Shown: piece after piece, positions 1-8,950 of the stretch
How the letters are laid out: the number at the start of each line of letters is the position of its first letter
Numbering within the stretch: the first letter of the stretch is position 1
Translations under genes and position numbers: made by a program
Notes under the pieces: model-generated
Database searches by the model: none
The model's input: only the letters and a program-made list of their open reading frames with translations
Told to the model about the DNA's origin: nothing
DNA from: Fibrobacteria bacterium
Lineage (GTDB): Bacteria > Fibrobacterota > Fibrobacteria > UBA11236
Assembly (NCBI GenBank): GCA_035275285.1
Contig: DATENA010000247.1
Location: 241 to 64,240, forward strand
DNA: 64,000 bases
Direction: 5' to 3'

Positions 1-1650
1 CAAGGCGCGGCCCGTAGCGCCTTGATGCTTTCCAAGCCCGGCGCATTCACGTTCGCCACCAACCACGGAGTGATGCAGAACCTGGCGCTCCTGCATTTCT
101 GCGCGGCGTTCCCCGGCCTGGACGGGAACGGAGCGTTCCGGAAGACGGCCGTCGAGAGGCTTTCCGCGCAAATGCGTTTCTACGTCTCCGATTCCGGCGT
201 CGTCATGGAGCACTCCCTGGGATACCATGATTTCGGCCTGAGCCTGGTGGGCATGGGCTTGCGGTATTTCGAATTGCTCGGCCTGGAAATCCCCCCGGTC
301 TGGGCGGCGAAGTACGAGGGGATGAAGCGTTTCCATCAGCTTATCACGCGGCCCGATGGAACCCTGCCCCTGTACGGGGACACGGAATGGATGCATCATC
401 CCGAGCCCTTGGTCGCCGATTTGGAAAAGGGCGGAGGTCCCTTGCGGCCCCTGCGGTACCGCATGCCGGCGGATACCGGCTATCTGGACCCCGTGGCGGC
501 GTATGCGATCTTCTGGGATACCCTGGCGGGCGATCCCGGGGATTCCCGGGATCCGCAGGCCGCTCCGGCCCTGGCTCAAACGCTGTTGGCCTGGCCCAAT
601 TTCGCCAGCCGCGCGCACAAGCGGGCGGATGAGATGAGCCTGCACTTCTGGGCCAGGGGAAACGATTGGTGGACGGGGATCGGCTATTGGCCGTACGGCA
701 TGGCGCATAGGGACAAAGCGGAAGGCTGGGACGGCTCCAACGCCCCCCATGCCATCGGGGAGCGGCCGGAGGTGGGGCGGATCACCCGTCCGGTCCGGTA
801 CGCCCGCGGGAACGGAGCCCATTCCCTGGAGCTGGAAAGACGGACGGCGGAAGGATACCGCGCGCGCAGGCAGCTGGTGTTCATGCAACCGGGAATCTGG
901 ATCGTCCTCGATGCGGTTTCCGATTCGCTCGGGAGGGGTTCGCGTATCGACTGGGCGCTTTTCCCCGCGTTGGCGGCGCGCGGACTCGGCGGCAACCGGT
1001 TCGCGTTCGAAGACACGGGCACGCATGCTTCGATGCGCGTGGCGTATGACGTCCGCAAGCCCGGTCCGGTCCCGGTGAAGCTCGTCTCCGGCAGCGACAA
1101 CCCTTTCGCGGGGTGGACCGCGATCGGGAACGCCATCCGCAAGACCCATTCCCTGCTCTTCGCCCTTTCGGGCCGCTCGCAATCGATCCTGGCCTGGGGC
1201 CTGGATTCGCTCGGCAAGACCCTGGAGTCCGCATCGCTGTCGGACTACGCGGAAGACGGATCCTGGCGGGCCGCGATCGTGGTCGCGGGCGACACCTTGC
1301 ATCTCGAATGCGGTGCGGCCGCCTTGGACATCAGGCCGTCCAACGGAAAGAGCGGCGTCGCCGGCCAAAGGCTGGACCTGCGGCCGGTATCCGTCCCGGA
1401 AGGAGAGTACGCGGCCATGACCGGGGGATTCGCGGCGCTTTCCGGGCGGTACGCGCGGTATCCCGAATCCTACTCGCCCTACCGCCTCAAATGGAGCGGA
1501 ATCCTGCTCGCCTTGTTCCTGGCGCAAGAGATCTTCTTCCTGATCTTGCGGCTGTTTCCGCCCTCCGTGGGGACCGCCGCAAGAGCCCTTTCGGTGCCGG
1601 CCTGGGCGGGCGCCTCGGCCTGGCTTTCCATGGTATACTTCGCGTACTGA
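1..1650 (+). CDS. heparinase II/III-like (polysaccharide lyase-like) protein. The ORF is open to the window edge, so the 5' end is probably outside the window; the first in-window Met is at 22.
   Basis: ORF 22..1650 has no stop in the 21 nt upstream. Alpha/alpha-toroid-like N-terminal region (HGVMQNLALLHF..., YHDFG), and a C-terminal hydrophobic tail. The EPS-locus context fits. I made the family assignment from memory of sequence patterns, so confidence is moderate. Confidence 0.45.
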   Translation, partial: QGAARSALMLSKPGAFTFATNHGVMQNLALLHFCAAFPGLDGNGAFRKTAVERLSAQMRFYVSDSGVVMEHSLGYHDFGLSLVGMGLRYFELLGLEIPPVWAAKYEGMKRFHQLITRPDGTLPLYGDTEWMHHPEPLVADLEKGGGPLRPLRYRMPADTGYLDPVAAYAIFWDTLAGDPGDSRDPQAAPALAQTLLAWPNFASRAHKRADEMSLHFWARGNDWWTGIGYWPYGMAHRDKAEGWDGSNAPHAIGERPEVGRITRPVRYARGNGAHSLELERRTAEGYRARRQLVFMQPGIWIVLDAVSDSLGRGSRIDWALFPALAARGLGGNRFAFEDTGTHASMRVAYDVRKPGPVPVKLVSGSDNPFAGWTAIGNAIRKTHSLLFALSGRSQSILAWGLDSLGKTLESASLSDYAEDGSWRAAIVVAGDTLHLECGAAALDIRPSNGKSGVAGQRLDLRPVSVPEGEYAAMTGGFAALSGRYARYPESYSPYRLKWSGILLALFLAQEIFFLILRLFPPSVGTAARALSVPAWAGASAWLSMVYFAY

Positions 1651-1677
1651 CGGCTTCATGCGGGATAAAGCGGCGGT

Positions 1678-2976
1678 ATGTTGAGGACCCTTTTCATTTT
1701 GCTGGCTTACGGATCCGGCTCCCTGCTGGCGTTCCGCACCGTGAATTTCGCGGCGGTGCTGTACATCTGGAGCAATATCTTCCGGCCCCTGGAGTGGTCG
1801 CGGCACGCGGGACTGTTCCCCGCGCCGACGTACGTCGCCGGGCTTCTGGTCGTCTCCCATCTCTACCATTATTTCCGCGGCAGGTACAAGCCGCTCTTCG
1901 GCCTTTTCACCCTCATGGTCCTGGCGCAGGTGGCCTGGCTGATCCTGGTGACGATGGTTTCGCCTTTCCGGCCGGTCCTGATCCCGGATCTCATCGTCCT
2001 CCTGAAATACCTGCTGCCCGTCATCCTCATCCACGCGGGAATCAAGACCCTGGCGGACGCGAAGCTCGTCGCGTTGGGGATGTTGTCGGCCATGGCGATC
2101 TGGATCGCGCATTACGGCCTGTATTGCATCGCGAAGGGTTCCTGCATCGATATCGGCATCGAGGGCGGGTTGATGGCGGAGCGGAACGATTTCACCGCCG
2201 CCGTGGTTTCGACCATTCCCGTCCTGTTCTATTTCGGAGTGCATTACCATCTGGCCTTCAAGCGGCTGGGGAAATGGGCCTTCCGGGGGCTGGGTTCGCT
2301 CGCGGTGGGCATCATATTCCTGTCGCTGTCCCGCGGCGCCTCCCTGGCCTTGGGCTTCCAGGGCCTGCTGTACGCGTTCGTCTTCTCCCCGAAACGGATC
2401 CGGGACGTTTCCATCCTGATGGCATGCGTGGCCGCGGGATTCTTCTTCGTTCCGGAAAAATGGGTCGAGCGGATGAGCACCATCAGCCTCAGCACGGAGA
2501 ACCAGAAAGAAGCGTCCGCCTCCCACCGGTTGATCCATATCCAGGGGACCTTGGAAGCCATCAAGGATTTCCCCGTGTTCGGCGTGGGCCCCGAGGGCTG
2601 GCAGCAAATCACCTACATCTATGGCCGCGGTTTCCAGGACAACCCCCATAACATCTATCTCATGGTGGCCATCTCTTCCGGACTGCCGGGCCTGGCGCTG
2701 TACTTGTCCATCATGCTGATCAGTTGCTACCGGGTGTTCAACGTGCGGAGGCGGGCGCTCAAGATCGGGGACGGGGAGACCGCCGCCCTGGCCGCGGCTT
2801 TGCTGTCCAGCATCGCGGGGTATCTCGCCGCGTTGACCTTCCTGAACCGGCCCTTCGGCGAATTCCTGTTCAGCTGGCTGGCGATAGGCAACGCCTTGCC
2901 CAGGGCGTTCGATTATAAGCAGAGGATGATCCTGAAAAACGCCAAGGCGCGGAAGCCGGCGGCGGCCCTTCCGTGA
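1678..2976 (+). CDS. O-antigen ligase/polymerase (Wzy_C) family integral membrane protein
   Basis: 432 aa with about 10 TM helices. It carries the Wzy_C-type motif ...GFQDNPHNIYLMVAISSGLPGL... typical of O-antigen ligase/polymerase family proteins. Confidence 0.75.
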   Translation: MLRTLFILLAYGSGSLLAFRTVNFAAVLYIWSNIFRPLEWSRHAGLFPAPTYVAGLLVVSHLYHYFRGRYKPLFGLFTLMVLAQVAWLILVTMVSPFRPVLIPDLIVLLKYLLPVILIHAGIKTLADAKLVALGMLSAMAIWIAHYGLYCIAKGSCIDIGIEGGLMAERNDFTAAVVSTIPVLFYFGVHYHLAFKRLGKWAFRGLGSLAVGIIFLSLSRGASLALGFQGLLYAFVFSPKRIRDVSILMACVAAGFFFVPEKWVERMSTISLSTENQKEASASHRLIHIQGTLEAIKDFPVFGVGPEGWQQITYIYGRGFQDNPHNIYLMVAISSGLPGLALYLSIMLISCYRVFNVRRRALKIGDGETAALAAALLSSIAGYLAALTFLNRPFGEFLFSWLAIGNALPRAFDYKQRMILKNAKARKPAAALP

Positions 2977-3108
2977 AGAGCGCGTTCGATAAGAGCGTCC
3001 TTTGATGGGGCCGGCCGTCCTTAGTAAGTTTATGGATTTTCGCGGCGGGCCGGGATGCATCCAGGCCTGGCCGGCGCGAAGCGGCGAACCCGGAAGGCGG
3101 GCTGATCG

Positions 3109-4983
3109 ATGTGCGGCATAGCCGGATACCTCCTGACCTCGGGGAACGCCGAAAGCAAGCGGCCGGTGCTGGAGGCGATGTGCGACCTCATCCGCCATCG
3201 CGGTCCGGACGGCTCCGGCGTGGAGTTCCGCGGCCAAGCGGGATTGGGGCACAGGCGGCTCAGCATCATCGATCTGGCGGGCGGCGCGCAACCCATGAGC
3301 ACCGCGGACGGCTCCCTGACCGTGGTATTCAACGGCGAGATCTACAACTTCCCGGAATTGCGGAGGGAGCTGGAGGGAAAAGGCCATTCCTTCCGCACCG
3401 GATCGGACACGGAAGTGCTCCTGCACGGCTATCACGCCTTCGGGGACGCCCTGCCGGGCAAGCTCAACGGCATGTTCGCCTTCGCCCTGTGGGATGCGCG
3501 GCGCAAGCGCCTGTTGGCGGGACGCGATCGCCTGGGCAAGAAGCCCTTTTATTTCCATTCGTCCCCGGATCGGTTCCTGTTCGCCTCGGAGATGAAGTCC
3601 ATCCTGGCCGAACCCGCCGTTCCCCGCCGCATCGATCCGCGCGCCGTGGACGCCTTCTTCTCGTTCGGATACATCCCCGCTCCCGAGACCATTTTCCGGG
3701 ACGTCTGCAAGCTGCGTCCGGGCCACCAGCTGGTCTGGGAAGACGGGCGCGTGACCGTCTCGCAATATTGGGACGTCGCCTACCGCCCGGATCCCGACTG
3801 CCGCACCGAGGAAGACTACGTGGACAAGCTGGAGGTGCTGCTGACGGCGGCCGTCAAGCGCCGCCTCATGAGCGAGGTCCCCTTGGGGGCCTTCCTGAGC
3901 GGCGGCGTGGATTCCAGCACCATCGTCGGGCTCATGGCGAAGCTCTCCGGCGAGCCGGTGCGGACCTTTACGGTCGGCTTCGCGGAGCGGGAGTTCTCGG
4001 AAGCCGGGGACGCGCTCCTGGTGTCCAAGGCATTCGGCACCCGGCACAACGAGCAGTTCATCAAACCGGACGCGCTGTCCATCCTTCCCTCCCTGGTCTG
4101 GCACTTCGACGAGCCGTTCGGGGACTCCTCCGCGGTCCCCACTTTCTACGTGTCCCAGGCCGCCCGCCGGGAGGTCACCGTGATCCTTTCCGGGGACGGC
4201 GGCGACGAGCTCTTCGCGGGCTACAATTCCTATCACCTGAGGAACCGCTACGAAGGGTTCAAGGCCATCCCCGCGCCGTTGCGCCGGGCGTTCATGGGCG
4301 CCGCCGCGCGCATGCTCCCTTGGAACGCCCCCGGGCGCAACCTGCTCCGCCGCATCGGCGCGCTGGAGGCCTACGATCGGGGCGACGTTCCCGAGCTGTT
4401 CCCGCCCATCAAGGAAGCCTTGTACGCTCCCGAGTGGGCCGAAGCGGCCGCGGGCGCCGATCCCGCCGGGTACCTGCGCTATTGGGGCAACGCCCCCGCC
4501 GGCGGCCTGAGCCGCCTGCAATACCTGGATACCAAGGTATACCTGCCCGAGGACATCCTCATGAAGGTGGATCGCATGTCGATGGCGAACTCCCTGGAGA
4601 CGAGGGCGCCTTTGCTGGATTATACCGTGGCGGAATTCGCCGCCTCCATCCCGCCGGAGATGCATACCAGGGACGGGCGGGGGAAATACATCCTGCGGAA
4701 GATGGCCTCGCGCTTTCTGCCGCCGCACGTCCTGGCCAAGAAGAAACAGGGCTTCGCCATTCCGCGGGAGAAGTGGTTCCAAGGGGAGCTGAAGGACTTC
4801 GCGCGCGGGACCCTGACCTCGGAGCGGTTCCGGGCGCGGGGTTATTTCCGCCCGGACCGGGTGGAGGCCATCCTCCGCGATCATGCGGCGGGCAGGAAGG
4901 ATTACGGGATGTGGATCTGGTGCCTCCTCAACTTCGAGTTCTGGCACCAGGCGTTCCTCGACGCGGATACGCGCAAGGTCTGA
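3109..4983 (+). CDS. asnB: asparagine synthase (glutamine-hydrolysing), class II amidotransferase; exosortase-locus associated
   Basis: N-terminus MCGIAGY (Cys2 nucleophile). PP-loop motif SGGVDSS. 624 aa, with the GATase-2 + Asn_synthase architecture. Confidence 0.9.
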   Translation: MCGIAGYLLTSGNAESKRPVLEAMCDLIRHRGPDGSGVEFRGQAGLGHRRLSIIDLAGGAQPMSTADGSLTVVFNGEIYNFPELRRELEGKGHSFRTGSDTEVLLHGYHAFGDALPGKLNGMFAFALWDARRKRLLAGRDRLGKKPFYFHSSPDRFLFASEMKSILAEPAVPRRIDPRAVDAFFSFGYIPAPETIFRDVCKLRPGHQLVWEDGRVTVSQYWDVAYRPDPDCRTEEDYVDKLEVLLTAAVKRRLMSEVPLGAFLSGGVDSSTIVGLMAKLSGEPVRTFTVGFAEREFSEAGDALLVSKAFGTRHNEQFIKPDALSILPSLVWHFDEPFGDSSAVPTFYVSQAARREVTVILSGDGGDELFAGYNSYHLRNRYEGFKAIPAPLRRAFMGAAARMLPWNAPGRNLLRRIGALEAYDRGDVPELFPPIKEALYAPEWAEAAAGADPAGYLRYWGNAPAGGLSRLQYLDTKVYLPEDILMKVDRMSMANSLETRAPLLDYTVAEFAASIPPEMHTRDGRGKYILRKMASRFLPPHVLAKKKQGFAIPREKWFQGELKDFARGTLTSERFRARGYFRPDRVEAILRDHAAGRKDYGMWIWCLLNFEFWHQAFLDADTRKV

Positions 4984-5002
4984 CGGGAAAGGTAGGCGAG
5001 GC

Positions 5003-6952
5003 ATGGGATACATTTGCGCCATCGTGAACAAGCGGCCCGAGGATCGCGGCGACGCGGCTTCCGTGGCGGCCATGCTGGCCGCAGCCGTTTCCGGCCGCGC
5101 GTCCGCGGGCGTTTCCGCGGAAGCGCCCGCGGTCCGGGCCCATGGGCCGGCCGCGGCCGGCCATGCCGGCGCTTTCGGCGAGGGATCCGCCCGCGGCCTT
5201 TACGAGGACGGCGGTCTGCTGGCGGTTTGCGACGGGGAATTCTACAACGCCGCCGACCTGGCCCCGCCGGCCGGGTGCCCCGCGGACGCGGGGGAGGCGG
5301 CGCTTCTGGCCGGCTTGTTCCGCAAGCGGGGCGAAGCCTGGTTCGAGAAGGTGCGCGGCGTTTACGGCGCCTTCGTATGGGACAAGGCGGCGGGCAAGGG
5401 ATATGCCTGGTCCGATCGCCTGGGCGTGCGTTCCATCGTCGTCCATGAAGACGCGGACCGCATCGCCGTGGCCACGCGCATCTCCTCGCTCGCGGCCCTG
5501 CCCGGGTTCGAGGCCGGGCTCGATCACCAGGGCATCTTCAGCTACCTGTACATGGAAATGATCCCCACGCCCTTTACGCTGTACAAGTCCATCCGGAAGC
5601 TGGAAAGCGGCCACGTGCTCCGCATGGCCGGCGGCAAGGCCGATACGGCCATGGTCTGGAACATGCGCTATCCCCCCGCCAAGCTGTCCGATCAGGCGGA
5701 GATGGAGAAGCGCATCCGCTCCCTGACGCTCGCCGCGGTGCGGGGCCAGGCCTCCCTGGGCGTGGCCTCCGCGGAAGAGGCCGGGGCCTTTCTCAGCGGC
5801 GGCACGGACTCCAGCGTCGTGGCCGGGCTCATGAGCGAGCTCGCGCCGGGCCGCGTCAACACCTTCAGCATCGGCTTCGATGAGCCCGGGTATGACGAGA
5901 TGGAATACGCCCGCATCGCCGCCAGGCGTTTCAAGACCCTGGCGCACGAGTATTACGTGACGCGGGAAGACGTGGCCGACGCCTTGCCCCTCATCGTGCG
6001 GGCGTTCGACGAGCCGTTCGCCAACTCGTCCGTGATCCCCACCTATTTCTGCGCGCTCAAGGCGCGCGAGGCGGGCGTGAAGGTGATGCTGGGCGGGGAC
6101 GGCGGCGACGAGATCTTCGGCGGCAACACCCGCTACTCGGACAATTACAGGAATTTCAGCCGCTTCCCGGCCCCGGTGGAATGGGCCATGAAACTGGCGG
6201 TGGCGGTGACGCCGCCCGGCGCCCGCAAAGGCCCCTTGCTGAAGGCCGCCAACTACCTGAGCCGCAAGGACGCGCCCCTGCACAAGCGCATCCACGCCTA
6301 TGATCTCAGCTATTACCTGGGCGGGGCGGAAGGCATCTTCGCGCCGGGGTTCCTGGAGCGGGGCGGACCGTTCCTCCGGCCCCACGAGGTGGCCGAACGC
6401 ATCCTGTCCAAGGCGGAAGCGGCCGACGAGCTGGACCGCTACATGTACCACGATCTCAAGAACACGCTCATGGACAATGATCTCCGCAAGGTCAACACCG
6501 TCACGGAGCTGGCCGGGGTGCGGGTCCGCTATCCCTTCCTGGACGCGGACGTGGTGGAGTTCACGGGGCTCATCCCGCCGGATCTCAAGGTGCGCGAGGG
6601 CGCCTTGCGTTACCTGTACAAGCAGGCGTTCAAGGACTTCCTGCCCCTGGAAATCATCAACAAGAAGAAGCACGGTTTCGGCCTGCCGGTGGTGCGCTGG
6701 ATGCTGCGCGAGGGCCGCCTGCACGATATGCTCCGGGACGCGTTGTTCAACGGGACGCTGCGGGCGCGGGGCATCTTCCGCGAAGGCTTCGTGGAGGGCC
6801 TTTACAAGCGTTCCCGGGAGGACAAAACCACGTATTTCGGGTCCTATTTATATTACATTTTTTTCCTGGAGCTCTGGATGAGGGAGCACCTGGACAAAGC
6901 CGGAAGCCGGCCCGCCCCCGCCGCGGCGGCGACCCTGTCGCCGGCGCGTTGA
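5003..6952 (+). CDS. asparagine-synthase-family amidotransferase paralog lacking the N-terminal catalytic Cys
   Basis: The ORF track frame runs 4883..6952. I chose the ATG at 5003, preceded by an AGG-rich ribosome-binding site (RBS) and 20 nt after the asnB stop. N-terminus MGYICAIV has no Cys at position 2, while the synthetase PP-loop SGGTDSS is intact. Confidence 0.8.
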   Translation: MGYICAIVNKRPEDRGDAASVAAMLAAAVSGRASAGVSAEAPAVRAHGPAAAGHAGAFGEGSARGLYEDGGLLAVCDGEFYNAADLAPPAGCPADAGEAALLAGLFRKRGEAWFEKVRGVYGAFVWDKAAGKGYAWSDRLGVRSIVVHEDADRIAVATRISSLAALPGFEAGLDHQGIFSYLYMEMIPTPFTLYKSIRKLESGHVLRMAGGKADTAMVWNMRYPPAKLSDQAEMEKRIRSLTLAAVRGQASLGVASAEEAGAFLSGGTDSSVVAGLMSELAPGRVNTFSIGFDEPGYDEMEYARIAARRFKTLAHEYYVTREDVADALPLIVRAFDEPFANSSVIPTYFCALKAREAGVKVMLGGDGGDEIFGGNTRYSDNYRNFSRFPAPVEWAMKLAVAVTPPGARKGPLLKAANYLSRKDAPLHKRIHAYDLSYYLGGAEGIFAPGFLERGGPFLRPHEVAERILSKAEAADELDRYMYHDLKNTLMDNDLRKVNTVTELAGVRVRYPFLDADVVEFTGLIPPDLKVREGALRYLYKQAFKDFLPLEIINKKKHGFGLPVVRWMLREGRLHDMLRDALFNGTLRARGIFREGFVEGLYKRSREDKTTYFGSYLYYIFFLELWMREHLDKAGSRPAPAAAATLSPAR

Positions 6953-6987
6953 GGGCAAGCATCCCGTGGATAGGAAGGATCGGCAAC

Positions 6988-7233
6988 ATGGCCAATGAGG
7001 TCAAGGAACGCGTCAGGAAAATAGTCTCCCGGAGCATCGGCGGGGAATACAAGGACAAGCCGATCCCGGACGGCATGAAGCTCATCGGCAACCTGCTCGA
7101 TTCGATGGCGGTGAACAGCCTGATCGTGGCCCTGGAAGAGGATTTCGGCTTCGCGTTCGACGACGAGGATCTCTCGGCCGAAGCCTTCGACACCGTGGAA
7201 TCGCTTTCCGAGCTAGTGCAACGGAAGCTCTAG
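6988..7233 (+). CDS. acyl carrier protein (phosphopantetheine-binding)
   Basis: 81 aa from the ATG at 6988, with an AGGAAGGA RBS. The 4'-PP attachment motif LLDSMAVNSLIVALEEDFG is present. The whole protein is acidic. Confidence 0.85.
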   Translation: MANEVKERVRKIVSRSIGGEYKDKPIPDGMKLIGNLLDSMAVNSLIVALEEDFGFAFDDEDLSAEAFDTVESLSELVQRKL

Positions 7234-7259
7234 ACCGGATGGCCTCGAGACGGGAGGAG

Positions 7260-8066
7260 ATGTTCTTCTTCGACGGCGGCGGCGGCCGCAGGCTCCTGGG
7301 CTTTTTCCATCCCCCGATCGGCGTTCCCAGGGATTTCGGGCTCGTCTATTGCCACCCGTTCGCGGAAGAGAAGAACCAGAGCCACGTCGTGGCGGCGCGC
7401 ACCGCCCGGCGCCTGGCCGAGTCCGGCACTCCGGTGCTGCGTTTCGACTTCAGCGGCTGCGGGGACAGCGAAGGCGAGCTCGAAGACGCCTCCGCCGACG
7501 ATTGGCTCGGGGAGATAGGCCGCGCCGCGGACCTGCTGCGCGCCAAGACCGGATTGTCCCGCACGGGTTTCTGGGGGTTGCGCTCCGGCGCCAACTTGGC
7601 GGCCCTCCACGCTTCCACCCGGAACGACGTGGCCATGGCCATGCTCTGGCAGCCCGTGCCCGATCTCAAGTCCTACATCCACCAGTTCCTCCGGCAGAAG
7701 CTGGCCACCGGGATCGCCGCCGGCGGCGAAGGCGGTTCCGTGAAGGAGCTGGTCAAGCGCATCGAGGAAGGGGAGGCGGTGGAGGTGATGGGCTACCCCG
7801 TCCGGGGGCCCCTGTACCGGAGCTTCGCGTCGAAAACGGCGGGACCGGCCGCCGGCGCTTACGCGTTCCCGGTTTCCCTGTTCGCGTTCACGGAAGAGGA
7901 CTCGCCGCCCGAATGGCTGGTGCGGATGGCGGCTTCCATCAAGGCGTCCAACCTCCCCGTTCCCCTGGTGCAGGTCCGGGAACAACCTTTCTGGGACAGG
8001 TATTGGCGCTGGGATGCGCCCGCCGCCGCCGAGAGCGCGGCGGCCTGCGTCTCTTCCCTGGCCTGA
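7260..8066 (+). CDS. alpha/beta-fold hydrolase (exosortase A system-associated hydrolase family, member 2)
   Basis: ATG at 7260 after a GGGAGGAG RBS; an alternative start lies at 7239. Nucleophile elbow GLRSGA is present, and the conserved GCGDSEG motif is shared with the next gene. Confidence 0.7.
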   Translation: MFFFDGGGGRRLLGFFHPPIGVPRDFGLVYCHPFAEEKNQSHVVAARTARRLAESGTPVLRFDFSGCGDSEGELEDASADDWLGEIGRAADLLRAKTGLSRTGFWGLRSGANLAALHASTRNDVAMAMLWQPVPDLKSYIHQFLRQKLATGIAAGGEGGSVKELVKRIEEGEAVEVMGYPVRGPLYRSFASKTAGPAAGAYAFPVSLFAFTEEDSPPEWLVRMAASIKASNLPVPLVQVREQPFWDRYWRWDAPAAAESAAACVSSLA

Positions 8067-8074
8067 AGGCGCGC

Positions 8075-8950
8075 ATGGAAGAAGCGGTTCGGTTCGAGGT
8101 CTCCGGAACGGCCCATTTCGGCATCCTCCATCTGCCTTCCGGGCGGGCGGAGTACGCCGATTTCCTGATCATGGTGGTCGGAGGCCCGCAGAACCGGACG
8201 GGAAGCCATCGATCCTTTACCCAAGTGGCCCGCGACCTGGCGGCCCGGAACATCCCCGTCTTCCGGTTCGATTATGCCGGCCTGGGGGACAGCGAGGGCG
8301 ATTGGCGGGGATTCGCCCACGCCGGCCCGTCCATCAAGGGCGCGATAGACTTCCTCCACGCGACCTTCCCCTCCCTCGAGCGGGTATCTTTATGGTCGCT
8401 TTGCGACGGTTCCGCCGCATGCGCCCTCTATGCGTCCGGGGACCGGCGCGTCTCGGGCATGATCCTGGCCAACCCATACGTCCATTCGGCGGAAGGGCAG
8501 GCCAAGGCCTTCCTCAAGCAGTATTACCTGCGCCGGCTCCTGGACAAGGCGTTCTGGAAAAAGGTATTCTCATTCCGGTTCAATCCGTTCGGTTCCCTCT
8601 CGTCGATGCGGTCCGTTGCGATCGCGGCATCCGGGGGAACGGTGGCTGCGCCCATCGCGGGCATGACCGTGGGCCCGGGGGAGGATCCTCCCCGGCTTCC
8701 GGAAAAGGTGATGGAAGGGCTGGAGGCTTACCGCGGCCGCTTGCGCCTGATCCTGAGCACCGCCGATCTCACGGCGCGCGAGTTCGAGGATCTGTTCCGG
8801 AGCCGGGCGGGCAAGGGTTCCCGCGGGGCGGAAGAGCTGCGTTACGTGGAAGGCGCGGATCATACCTTTACCGGCGGGGAAGCGAAGCGCCGGGTCTGCG
8901 AATTGAGCGCGGAGGCATGGGGAGCCATCCGGGCGGGAAGGGAGGCGTAA
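8075..8950 (+). CDS. alpha/beta-fold hydrolase (exosortase A system-associated hydrolase family, member 1)
   Basis: 291 aa. It has the GLGDSEG motif, and the nucleophile position shows SLCDGSA, so the nucleophile may be Cys. The stop overlaps the start of the next gene (TAATG). Confidence 0.7.
   Translation: MEEAVRFEVSGTAHFGILHLPSGRAEYADFLIMVVGGPQNRTGSHRSFTQVARDLAARNIPVFRFDYAGLGDSEGDWRGFAHAGPSIKGAIDFLHATFPSLERVSLWSLCDGSAACALYASGDRRVSGMILANPYVHSAEGQAKAFLKQYYLRRLLDKAFWKKVFSFRFNPFGSLSSMRSVAIAASGGTVAAPIAGMTVGPGEDPPRLPEKVMEGLEAYRGRLRLILSTADLTAREFEDLFRSRAGKGSRGAEELRYVEGADHTFTGGEAKRRVCELSAEAWGAIRAGREA

Noticed and set aside
4928-6724. 598-aa ORF antisense to the second asparagine synthase gene
   Set aside because: It is entirely antisense to a gene with strong motifs. 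Its translation is Arg/Gly/Pro-rich low-complexity sequence typical of GC-rich antisense frames, with no RBS.
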